A stretch of DNA of 64,000 bases from Eledone cirrhosa (taxonomy: Eukaryota), in the NCBI GenBank assembly GCA_964016885.1, contig OZ024742.1:270940001-271004000 (forward strand), read 5' to 3'. Positions 53,385-64,000 of the stretch are shown here, in pieces. A program made the translations under genes and the position numbers. How positions within the stretch are numbered: position 1 is the first letter of the stretch; the number at the start of each line of letters is the position of its first letter. The notes under the pieces were generated by a model. It was not told where the DNA came from. It saw only the letters and a list, made by a program, of their open reading frames with translations, and made no database searches.

Positions 53385-55600
53385 TTTAATAAATGCACAG
53401 AGAACAAAAAACAGAGAGGCAATACTAATGATATTGTTTTTAGTTTCACGCTTGCGAGTTGGGGGTGGGGGACGACGTTCGGGCATAAGCCCTTCATCAG
53501 GATTACTGTTGGTAGGAAGAGAGTTCCGAGGGAGTGTGGGGGAGTGGTGGAATACATTTAAAAGGGGGGGGGGGGTAGTAACGGAGGAAAATCAATCGCT
53601 TTAGAGAGTAAAGGTAATTTTTTTAAAAGTACATATACAAATAAAATAAAAATAAAAATAAACAAGTGTTGAAAGTGTGTGAGGCGTTTAAGGGTCATGG
53701 TGAGTGGTGGTGGTGGTGTGGTGTGTGTGTGTGGGGGGGGATTGGGTGGTGAGGGGAGAGGGGGCGGGGCTCAGAGCGCGTAGGGCTGAAGTCGGTGTTT
53801 GTGTATAGGTGTAGGTGTACGTTTGTGTGTGTGTGTGTTTGTATGTGAATGTGAGAGTTGGGGGAAGAACGAGGTTCCATGTTCAGGTAAAAGGGAATCC
53901 GATGTGTACATGGGGTGGGGCGTAAGTCGGTTTGTGCGTGAGTGTGGATGGAGAGGAGTGGGACATGGGGATGTTGGCGTGTGGAGTCCGGAGGGTGAGT
54001 GTGTACATGTGCGGATACGCACGTGTGTGTTTAGGTTCATATGTGGTGTGGATGTAGGTGGCGTGGTTCGAAAATGATGTAAGTGTTTGTTCGTGTGTAT
54101 GTTCCTAAAGTATTGCCATGGAGTGTGACAAGATGTTGGAGATTTCGCGTGTCGTAGAAAGGATAGCTGGAACGATGACTGGTCGTGTGAAATCCTGGTG
54201 TGATAGTGGGGAAGTGGAGAGATGTGGGGTGCGCACGCAACAGGAAGTGGTCAGAGGGTCAAGGCAGGGTGAAGAGATAGCAGTAGAGGATGATGACAGG
54301 TAAAGAAAGGGTATGTATTGTGTGTGGACTCTGTGTCTGTGTGTGCGGAGGTGCGGTGGACAGCTGCGAAGAGGGGTTGGTGTGAAAGTGTGAGGGAGAA
54401 GGTGATGGTGTGGGGGGATGGTGTATATTAGTGGAGGTATTAGTGGGATGCGTGTGTGAGGGGTTGTAGGTGGAGCAGGGAGAGAGCGTAGGTCGCATGA
54501 TATTAGAGCGACAAGAATGCTGCTGGAAACGGAACCGATCACAGTACGCCGGCAAATGTCGATAAAGGAGTCCAGGGTCCTTACCGGCCTGAGCTCAGCG
54601 TCCAATGTGATTGCCGGCGACTGAGACGAGTGAAGTCATCCGTCTGTGTTGATGATGGCGTGTCGTTAAAAAAAGCTTTCAGCTTTAATCGACGGAAGAA
54701 CCCTTCAATCTCGGCACGTGTGCGGAACACATCGCAGGTAGATGTGGTTGGTATAAAACGCAAACCACGGGTGAGGAGGGAGCGCACAGCTTCGGGGAGT
54801 GGTAGGTCCTGGGGTATGGTAACTACAGTGCAGGGACGTGAGGGGGTGAAAGAGGCAGGTCAATGTGGTTGGGCAAAGCTTGCGTAGATTCAGTGGTAGG
54901 TGACGAGATAGAGGGGTGAGGGCTGGAGGTGATATAAGTATGGGTGATGACGGCAGACAGGAACAGAGAGAGTCGAGTTTATGGTATTTTTGCGGAAGTG
55001 AGGAAATTGAAAAGCAGGCGATTTAGGTAAAGGATAAATTGTATATGGGATTGGGCAAGGAAAGGCTGGCAAGGGGAGTAGAGATGGAGGTAGGCCTTGT
55101 GGGGATCTCCGTTGAGAGAACGAATTTAGGCCCGCATGAACTGGCGAGAGGGGCGGGTATGGAAGGACTCAGTGGTGGTAGCAGAGTAAGAAGTGGGGTG
55201 AAACTTGAGGCGGAAACCGCGGAGAATGAGGTGGTGGTGGAGACAGCGACTTAAAAATCTGATGTGACTGATGTAGCGTGTTTTGGTGAAGATAGGGTTG
55301 GAGAGATGCAGGGAGGATTCGATGCATAGAGGGGGGCGGTTGGAGGAAGCGCTTCAGAGTAGAATGGAGCTGGCGGAGAAAAGTTTTAAGATTGGGCATA
55401 TTGAAGGTACTAGGGTGTGAGTGAAAAATAGACGGCTGAGAAGAATGTAGTACAGGGAAAGGGGTAGAGTGTCGTAGAATATTTAATGCAGGAAGCAAAG
55501 AAAATTTCAAAGATACGAAAGCTTTCCTGGTGGAAGTTCAGATGTACTCCGGGTTGGTTTCCAGTTTCGAGGTAAAAATCTAACAATCAGAAAATCCAAC
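53385..55600 (-). mobile_element. Penelope-like (Neptune-type N-terminus) internal-deletion derivative
   Basis: TVVTIPQDLPL..RSLLTRGLRFIPT..FFRRLKLKAFF..WT..LDSFIDICRR (54540-54835); no RT or EN seen; minus-strand CTGATGAAGGGCTTATGCCCGAACGTCGTC at 53471-53500. Confidence 0.6.
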
Positions 55601-56371
55601 GAATTGTATTAACAAATATTGATAACAAACGAACAATTTGAATGGGAGATGTTTTGAAAAATAGATGATTAATGGGTAGTGGTGTAGATTGATGGTGACA
55701 GTAGCTATAATTGGTGATTGATACCATATGTGAGGGAAAGGAGGAATACTTAATCACTGAGGGAATGTTAGCTACTCTTCTATCCGATTGGTCAGGTTTT
55801 CGGGGGGGGGGGGGGTGTTGCATTATATTGGTTAATGGTGTAACTTTTGAAGTGTTATAGATATTCTGCATTCGTAAGGTGGTTTAACGTTAATTGTGAT
55901 AAGGAGATGTCATAGTGGTTTGGTGGCGCCAATTTTGCTGACGCTAGAAGTCCGGGGAATTGTGTTGTTAATATAGATATTGAGGTTGCTGGATCGAAAC
56001 CGGTTTATCTTGATTTATATTTCGAAAACTTGCTGGCGGCTTTGTGACTACAGTAGATTGTTCGTTCGATTTTGTTATTTAGTAGCGCCTTCTTATATTG
56101 CAAGATATGAAGTAATTCCATATTGCATAGTTCGCATTGGGACATTCCTCGTCAATATGCTTTCATGTTACTGTAATTATAAACACGTTGTAGCAACTAA
56201 ACCGTAATAGTATTTTGAGAATTTCATTGGTGAAAACTGTACTTAAAATCGATTGACATGACACATTGCATATAGGTGTTTTTTAGATACACCGGAGCAA
56301 TGAAACATTTCTTAATACTTGGAATAAACCCTACTCTATAGCCGATCCGTTTTACGCTTTACTCCTTTATG

Positions 56372-56428
<57 letters not shown>

Positions 56429-56446
56429 TTGTGTGTGTGTGTGTGT

Positions 56447-56639
56447 AAATGAAATATTTCCGTAGGAAAGGTAAAGGAAAGGTGAGTGTTCTATGTAGGC
56501 TACATATCTTTTTAGTTATGCAATAAACAACATAAAGATAATTAATTCATTTACCAGTGGTTTCTTGAAGAGATATATTTATATCTGTCTTCAAGAAACC
56601 ACTGGAAAATGAATGAATTATCTTATGTTGTTTATTATA

Positions 56640-56645
<6 letters not shown>
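56447..56645 (-). mobile_element. Fold-back mini-element built from a hammerhead 3' half
   Basis: Palindrome 56513-56645; GAAACCACTGG(T)A immediately outside the central hairpin; tail 56447-56512. Confidence 0.65.
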
Positions 56646-56721
<76 letters not shown>

Positions 56722-56728
<7 letters not shown>

Positions 56729-56936
56729 GTGAGGTTTTTTTTACAAAATGAAAAATAACCGAGGTGTCCTACACGAGTGAATGTATAAAGAAAAAGAGAT
56801 GAAATCGAAAATGCAACTGGAGTCTTATTTTTTATTAAAATATATATATTTATTTGGTTCCTTTACCGGTTTCGCAGTTCTTCTGCTTTTCAAAAGTAGA
56901 GTTGAGATGCAGGGTCTGTGGTTTTTCTCACATCTG
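56722..56936 (-). mobile_element. Second copy of the 39433-39650 family (no inversion)
   Basis: Direct similarity; TA-flanked. Confidence 0.8.
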
Positions 56937-57072
56937 ATATATAGATATATATACATACAAACAAATTAACTTGAAAATAGAGCTTTGAGGCACGAGTTTA
57001 TTTGGATTATCAGGAAAATGGGAAAACTTGGCGTATGGGAGCTGTTATACCGTCTAAGCGGCGTTGAGTAAA

Positions 57073-57295
57073 ATATTACCTTGAAGGACAGAGATCAGCG
57101 GCTCGGTGAGAGTTGATTCCTTAATTCTTCCAATGAGCAAGGGGGTTGAGATCGGAAGGGCATTATATTAATATTATAATATAATATTTGTGACCTGATC
57201 GATTTCATCCATTCTTTTTCCTCCATCCTATCTTCTCTTCCTTGCTTCGAGTCAACTCACACCGAGCCGCTGATCTCTGTCCCTCGAGGTAATAT
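57073..57295. repeat. 47-bp inverted repeat with 130-bp spacer
   Basis: ATATTACCTTGAAGGACAGAGATCAGCGGCTCGGTG / CACCGAGCCGCTGATCTCTGTCCCTCGAGGTAATAT. Confidence 0.75.
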
Positions 57296-57386
57296 GTTAT
57301 CCAATACTGCTTCAATAGAATGTTGCTGTACTAACAGCTTCCATAGCTGTGTTTTCTCATTTTCCTGAGAATATATGTATATATAT

Positions 57387-57431
<45 letters not shown>

Positions 57432-57679
57432 GATATAGATATATATAGATATATATATATATATAGATATTTATAAGCACGTATACAAATGTGTGTAGTA
57501 TGTGTGTAACTGTGTGTATGTGATAACATTTTTGTGCGACTGTGTGTGCCTATTTTAAGGCACGTAACATAATTATTGAATTTACGATAACATTCTAGGC
57601 TTCTAAAACGGACGACCCATTGCAGTCTTGATCCAGATATTTCATTTTCCGTTGCATTCATGGGCCCCCGTTAATAGAT

Positions 57680-60360
57680 GTACACCATAGTTTGGAAAAG
57701 ATGTAAGATCCTGGAAGGGAAGAAAACTAAAGAGGAAATGTAGATTTTCTTCTCGAGAAGTATATCAACAAAGGAATCTCTGAAACAAAAAGTACAAGTA
57801 AATGCCCAACGAATTCGTAGATTCGCGTAACGAAACAAACTTCTACAGGCAATAAAAGATGTCCACATTCCATACCAAATCATTTTATAAAGAAATAGAG
57901 GAGAAAATAATTATTGAAGACCAGCCTTCCATTGATAAATTTGAAAAGGTTTGGAGAAAGATTTGGAATGATGAGAATTCATATAATGCTAATTTAGATT
58001 GGATAAGTCGCATGGAAAAATCGTACACAAATTTACAAGAACAAGCATGGTAATACATCTTAATAGCAGGCTTATTGATGGTACTCAATAAAGCTCATGA
58101 GTTGAAATTTGCTGGTAGAGACAAGGTGTCGCTCCCGTGCACACACTGAATATTTGTCAAGCTGTTCAACGACATTATGAAAAATAAAAAAAAAAGATGA
58201 AATTAACACATGATTGGATAGCAAATGGTATTTCTTACCTTCTCCAAAAGAACAATGAAACTAAGGATAGAATATTACCGGCCAAAAACCTGCTTGTGCA
58301 CCACTTATAAACAATTGACTTCTATTCTCACAGAGAATGCATATGTGTTTATGGAGGAGAAAAATATTTTCCCCATTGATCAAAAAGTGTGCCGACGAGG
58401 TTCATATGGTTGTAAGGATTAATTGTGTGATACTTGAGAACTGTCACAATGAGCGGAGAAATCTCAGTGCTATATAGATCGATTAGATAAAAGCATTTCA
58501 CGCATTCTTGGATCCTGAAATAACTGGACATCTTTAAAGTCTCACATAAAATTTCAAAATTCTTGAAACATATGTCATTGCGGAAGACAATTATATTATT
58601 CCAAAGGGGTACTAAGTACTAAGAATATGTACATTGACTGTGGAATTTTCCAAGGCGACTCGCTGTCCCCGTTTCTCATTTGGCAGGCTTTAACACCCCT
58701 TACAACTGAACTTAATAGAACAGGATTTGGATTCAAAATTGCAAACAAGAAAATAAGCCACCTATTTTACATGGATGATTTAAAGCGATATTGCAAAGAC
58801 AATGACGAGCTGGGAGGCTTTTTGCGAACAATAAAAACATTTAACGATGAAATCATGATGGCGTTTGGACTTGATAAATGTGCCAAAACCATGTTCAAGA
58901 AAGGGAAGCTTATCAAGTAAAACTCATTTGAATTAGATGCTGACATAGTGATGAAAGAAATTGAGAAGGAACAAATCTCTAAATACTTAAGGATTAATGA
59001 ATGTTCTGGCATTCAACATACATGTAAGTATAAAAGAGAAAATAAGGAATGAATATATGTTAGAGTAGAGCGCACGCAGTTCTGAAATCAGAACTAAATG
59101 CTCATAACAAGATGTTAGCCAACAATTCTTTGGCAGTACAAGTCACTTATAATTTCGGTGTGCCAAACTAGAATATAGGTGAAATTAAAAGAATCGACAT
59201 CAAAATCATTAAATTACTGACTTTTAATAGGATGCACCACCCGAAGGCAAATGTTGATCATGTCCAGCTTCCTAAACCTCAAGGCGGATGGGCCTGGTCC
59301 AATTTGAACTATCTTCAACACAGCCACTATTAGTTTGGCCAAATACCATGAAACCACAAGCGACTGTATGGTGAAACTCGTAAAAAAACATGAGATAAGT
59401 AAGAAGCTTTATTTTATCTCGAGAGAATATGCAATAGATCTCATATTTGATACTAAAGTGAACTGATGCAAATGATGCCGCTAGGCATATACAATGAATG
59501 GTAAGAGCAAAATTGCAAGAACAATTAGCATCAAAGTGGGAAAAGAAACATCAGCATGGCAAATGTGGCCCTTAGTAAACAAGATGATGTTGACCAGAAG
59601 CACAACCATCAGTGTCTACGTATCTCAGGGCTAAAAGGAGAGATAGAAGGCTTCATCTGATTGGCATGTAATTACAAGACCAAAGTGAGGAAAAATGGAG
59701 TAAATCCAACGTGCCGTTTCTGCAATGATGAGGGAGAAACAGTGGACCAATTACTTTCTGGATGTAAAGTTTTAGCCTCTGTAGAGTACAAATATAGACA
59801 TGACAGTGTTGACCAATATCTACACTGTGTCGGCATTATAAAATCTAAGCAACTGACAAGTCATACAATCAGGACCCAGAAGCTGTAACTGAATGAGAAA
59901 AAAAGTAACAATAGTCTGGGACATTCCTCTATACAATGATCTGCCCATAAATGTTAGATATCAATGGAAAAGTCCAACATAGCAAATTATATTTATTGAT
60001 TGACATGAGCATCTCACGAGAACACAATATCGAGGCAAACTCTTTTGCCAAGAAAATATAAAGGTCTGCTAATTGAAATAGAAAAATATGTCGGCAAGGT
60101 CGTTACAATACCAGTGATATTGTGAATGCTCAAGATAGGAAGACAACAGTATTTGAGAATGGTCCCTGGTTTACCATCGCTGCAGTTACAAAATTGTTTA
60201 ACTGCTACTGCACACGTATTTAGAAGAATACTATCACAAAATAATAATCAATTTGCTGTGTTAACTGGCTTACTAATATATACAGTGAATTTTCTTTTTC
60301 ACTACATGTCAGGACGACACACGGCATATAACGGAAACAATACTGAAAGAAAAGTAAAAC
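57680..60360 (+). mobile_element. Old, heavily decayed R4/Dong element
   Basis: ESLKQKVQVNAQRIRR, EYYRPKTCL, GIFQGDSLSP, SHLFYMDDLK, FGLDKCAK, CRFC..ETVDQLLSGC..RHD, AHVFRRILS; followed by AATAATAAT. Confidence 0.88.
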
Positions 60361-60390
60361 AATAATAATTATAACAGTTTTGATAATAAT

Positions 60391-60574
60391 TGTTTCTACT
60401 TTTGGCACAAGGCCAGCAATTACCCAGTGCATTACTGGTACTTTATTTTATCGACCCCGTAAGGATGAAAGGCAAAGTTAACCTCAGCGGGATTTGAACT
60501 CAGAATGGCAAGGGCCGTAACTCTATACGTCAAAGCATGGCGTCCGACCCTCTAGCGATACTGCCAATCCACCG
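60391..60574 (-). mobile_element. tRNA-derived SINE, copy 1
   Basis: Minus strand: A-box-like TGGCAGTATCGC, B-box GAGTTCAAATCCC, central GCCTTTCATCCT..GGGGTCGATAAAAT..AGTACC (resembles Deu/Nin-type core), tail CCTTGTGCCAAAAGTAGAAACA(ATT)n. Confidence 0.8.
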
Positions 60575-60584
60575 TAATAATAAT

Positions 60585-60762
60585 TGTTTCTACTTCTTGG
60601 CACAAGCCCAGCAATTACCCCAGTGATACTTTATTTTATCGACCACGTAAGGATGAATGACAAAGTTAACCTTCACATGATTTGAACACTTACCTTAAAT
60701 GACAGTAATTCTATGCTGTAAAGCATAGCGTCCGACCATCTACCGATATTGCACATCCACTG
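60585..60762 (-). mobile_element. tRNA-derived SINE, copy 2 (older)
   Basis: Colinear with copy 1; separated by TAATAATAAT. Confidence 0.75.
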
Positions 60763-61504
60763 TATGGTACGAGGAAGAACAGGAATATACAAGACAGGAA
60801 AAACACTCAGACGGAGCAATTTATTTAGCGTTTATTCCTTTAAGTATGTTTGTATACAATAACGGTGTATCAGCGCTGATTGCAAATCCCATTCTTTACG
60901 TAATAAATTATTGCACTTCATCAGAAAGACAAAGATTGTTATATCTATATATATATATATAATGGCAGAGCTGGATTTGCCTGTTTTGTTATTAATAAAC
61001 TGCTCAACCTATACTTGACACGAACTATCATTGCTGACATCCACCCTTGTTTCTTTTAAATCAAGTATAATTTTGTTTATATGATCACTGGAAAATCTGT
61101 TCATGTTCGTGAACCAATCACTAGAGAATAATTCTTATAAAGCATCTCCATTGGCATAAAGTTTGGGTGATACTTCCAGCCTATCTTTCATTTCCATATC
61201 AGGTGTTCAGTGCCAACGAGTGCATTAATATCTCTCTTGTAAGTTCATCGAACGATGCCATTAATTTTCCAAGGAACGATCTGTATTTGAAATCAGTTTT
61301 GCGCCTACATTGATACATACATAAATTACATAAATATATTTAACTGGAACTCCGTCGTTCATTTGATCAGCGGAAAATCTTGCTCGTAAACTTTGGTCTC
61401 GGTGAGATTCAGCTTCACACATAATGAGGCAACGGTGGCCATTCGAATTACAGGTAAAACTTATTTTTCCCAGCTGAATGAACTGGAGTAACGTGAAGTA
61501 AAGC

Positions 61505-62280
61505 TACGGTGTTTTAAGAATCTAGTTCCCAATATTAGCCGTACAATCCCGAGATTGTCATCCAGCAGAGACAAATTTGAAAATGCAATGCCGTACTACA
61601 AGGCCTTCTGAGTGGACTTAAGTTACAGTTCAAATACATACTTAATAAACACCCACCGAAAAAAAAGAATAGGAAAAGAAAAATAATCTAGTTCATGCCT
61701 CCTTTCTCACTAAATATAGAAACTATTATAGGTAAGACATTCTTGGACCTATTCGAAAAGCACTTTACCCCACGAAATAAAATATTTATATAGATTCGAC
61801 GTTCAGTGAGAGTTTGCTATTCTTGAACCCATTCCATGAAGTCGAAAATGACTGCAAAAATCAAACTAGATGAGCATCGATTAAGCTCTTACAGGAATAC
61901 AGTTTCCATAAAAGCCAAACTGTAATGTTAAAGCCTCAAAATACGACGCAGAGATCAAAAACATAAACGTCAACAAGCGAGGGATGCGGGAACAATATGG
62001 AGGTATATTCGATATAAAGCATAAATTCTACTTGCATCTCTCTTCATTTAGATATCCCAATATGAAAACTGGCAAAAAGTGTCTGGCAACTGAAGGAAAA
62101 GGGAATACCAAATGACATCACTTGGAAAGTGCTTGAAATGTCCATGTCTCAAAGAACAGAAGCAATAAATGCCCGCAATGCGTAAATTTGAAATTCAGGA
62201 TCTTACAGGTTTTATACTCACCGGACAGAGATTTTCAGAACATACTTCCATCAAAAGGGCCAATATCTATCGAACTAGAA
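61505..62280 (+). pseudogene. Decayed Hydra-type PLE fragment
   Basis: FKNLVPNISRTIPRLSSS..FENAMPYY; NRKRKII*FMPPFSLNIETIIGKTFLDLFEKHF. Confidence 0.75.
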
Positions 62281-62516
62281 ACACACAATAGCAGTCAACC
62301 ATACCTGCTGAATCCTCCAGGACACTAACCACGCCTAGTAGCATTCAAGGAGTGTACCGCTCTCATACAAATTAACGCCTTGTTGAAAGAGAAGGTACAA
62401 TTACAACATAACATTGTAATCAACGATCATGCATACATTCAATATTTTACATCTCAAAGTTTAATATTGGGGAAACACTAGTCAAGGCACAAGCATTTTG
62501 AGTGAATATCCATATT

Positions 62517-62639
<123 letters not shown>

Positions 62640-63191
62640 GCGTGCATGTATGGATAAGTGCATATGTATACATGTATAAACAATATGTGCGTATGTCTAT
62701 TTTCAAACATTTTAAAATATGATTATAAACTTTTAATTTTATTTTATACAAAACCAATCCAGTCCATTTCCTTTGAAGAATGTTTTCTGTAGATAGATAG
62801 GAATACATAGAGAGAAAAATAGTAATACATAGAGAGATACAAATCAATGTGTTTGTGCTCTAGAATCTTGTATTTTATTTCGCTGTCATTTCTAGCGAAA
62901 CCAGTTACAAAAATACTGTTAGATAGATAAACCGGAATACAAACCAGTTACAAAAATACTGTTAGATAGATAAACCGGAATACAAATATACAGAGAGAGT
63001 AATCAATAAATAGATACAACTTAATCTGTGTTTGTGTGTATATTTATGTCTGCGCGCGCGCGTGGTGGTAGTACCTAAGCTTTTATTTCGCTGTCATTTC
63101 TAGCAAGACAAGTTACCACAACAAAGCTCTTTGCACCATGTACGACAGAGAGGCACAGAGACAAATCAATAAAGTGCCAACCGCAGGCCTT

Positions 63192-64000
63192 CTAAAAGAC
63201 GCACCCGGCGTTGCTCGGGAACGAAAGTGTTCCTTATATATTAGAAAAAAGCAAAATTGTATAGGAATTTGTCATTCTAAATTCCATTTATTCTTCAATT
63301 GAGGTACATGATGAAATCAATTCTGAATTCATAATACCGAATTTAATTTTAAAAAAAATGAAAATACACAATGTATCTGTTTCGGAGCAGAGACAAATTT
63401 GTCTTGTAAACTACACTCCCTAGAGCAACAAACTACCCTAGAGCAACAAACGTAAAGTTGACCACGAGAAATGAAGGACTAATTTAAGTGGAAGTCAGTA
63501 GATTTCAAAGTCTTATAGATATACATTGCGAAGCAAAGTCGTACTGGGAATTATAATTCAAATTACATTATTGGAATTATTGTATTGGAAATATCTTCCC
63601 GAGAGGTACACCAAGTAATGACGGTATCTTAAATCACATTAGGTGGTAATGTTTTCACAATCAACCTTGTCCCATTGCATAATTTAGGGAGATATACATT
63701 TCTTAGAAGCATTATTGGGACTCCAAACTACAGGAAAAGCTTTTGTGGAGGAGTTCCAGTTGGCTAAAGAGTATTACCAAACTCTGTTGGGTAGTGGACT
63801 GCTTGATTTTCATCAAGGACTGAATGAACTGATTTGTACTCCTTAATTACTGTTAGAATTACTGTTAGAATCTTATTTATCATCTCATGGTTAATCCTTG
63901 CTACTGTCTCATTTTCTTTTTAGCAATAATTTCCCTGTCATACAACAAATTATAATGAATTATAATGATTATTTAAGTCTGGAAATACCCTTTTCTTCAA
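63192..64000 (-). mobile_element. Helitron 3' end with decayed PIF1-like helicase C-terminus
   Basis: Minus: AVHYPTEF..PTGTPPQKL..GVPIMLLRN..KLCNGTRL, FPVRLCFAM; terminal hairpin CCCGAGCAACGCCGGG (63204-63219) then TTAG (CTAG variant). Confidence 0.78.

Noticed and set aside
60470-60574. tRNA gene
   Set aside because: A and B boxes are present but there is no cloverleaf; this is a SINE head.
62898-62985. 43-bp tandem duplication
   Set aside because: Two copies only; ordinary local duplication, not an array or CRISPR.

Overview
This is a repeat-saturated animal genomic window with no recognisable host gene. A tRNA-derived SINE at 60.4 kb resembles abundant Octopus repeats, so a cephalopod is likely (inference). 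The window splits into two zones. (1) 1-32.3 kb is essentially one (AAT)n microsatellite inflated into a head-to-tail array of at least 11 non-LTR retrotransposon insertions from two unrelated clades. Tx1/L1-group elements (ORF1 with CCHC knuckle; APE-RT ORF2) are all on the minus strand, R4/Dong elements (RT plus restriction-like endonuclease) are all on the plus strand, and every boundary between insertions is an AAT tract. A second small AAT array (old Dong plus two SINEs whose 3' tail is colinear with the Tx1 3' end) lies at 57.7-60.8 kb. (2) 33.7-63 kb is a (TA)n zone colonised by Penelope-like elements (RT + GIY-YIG, probably Hydra clade) and about a dozen short fold-back derivatives. 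Many of these carry complete, variant or halved type I hammerhead ribozymes. RTE fragments and a decayed Helitron 3' end complete the window. All calls come from reading the sequence by eye; no database search was run.
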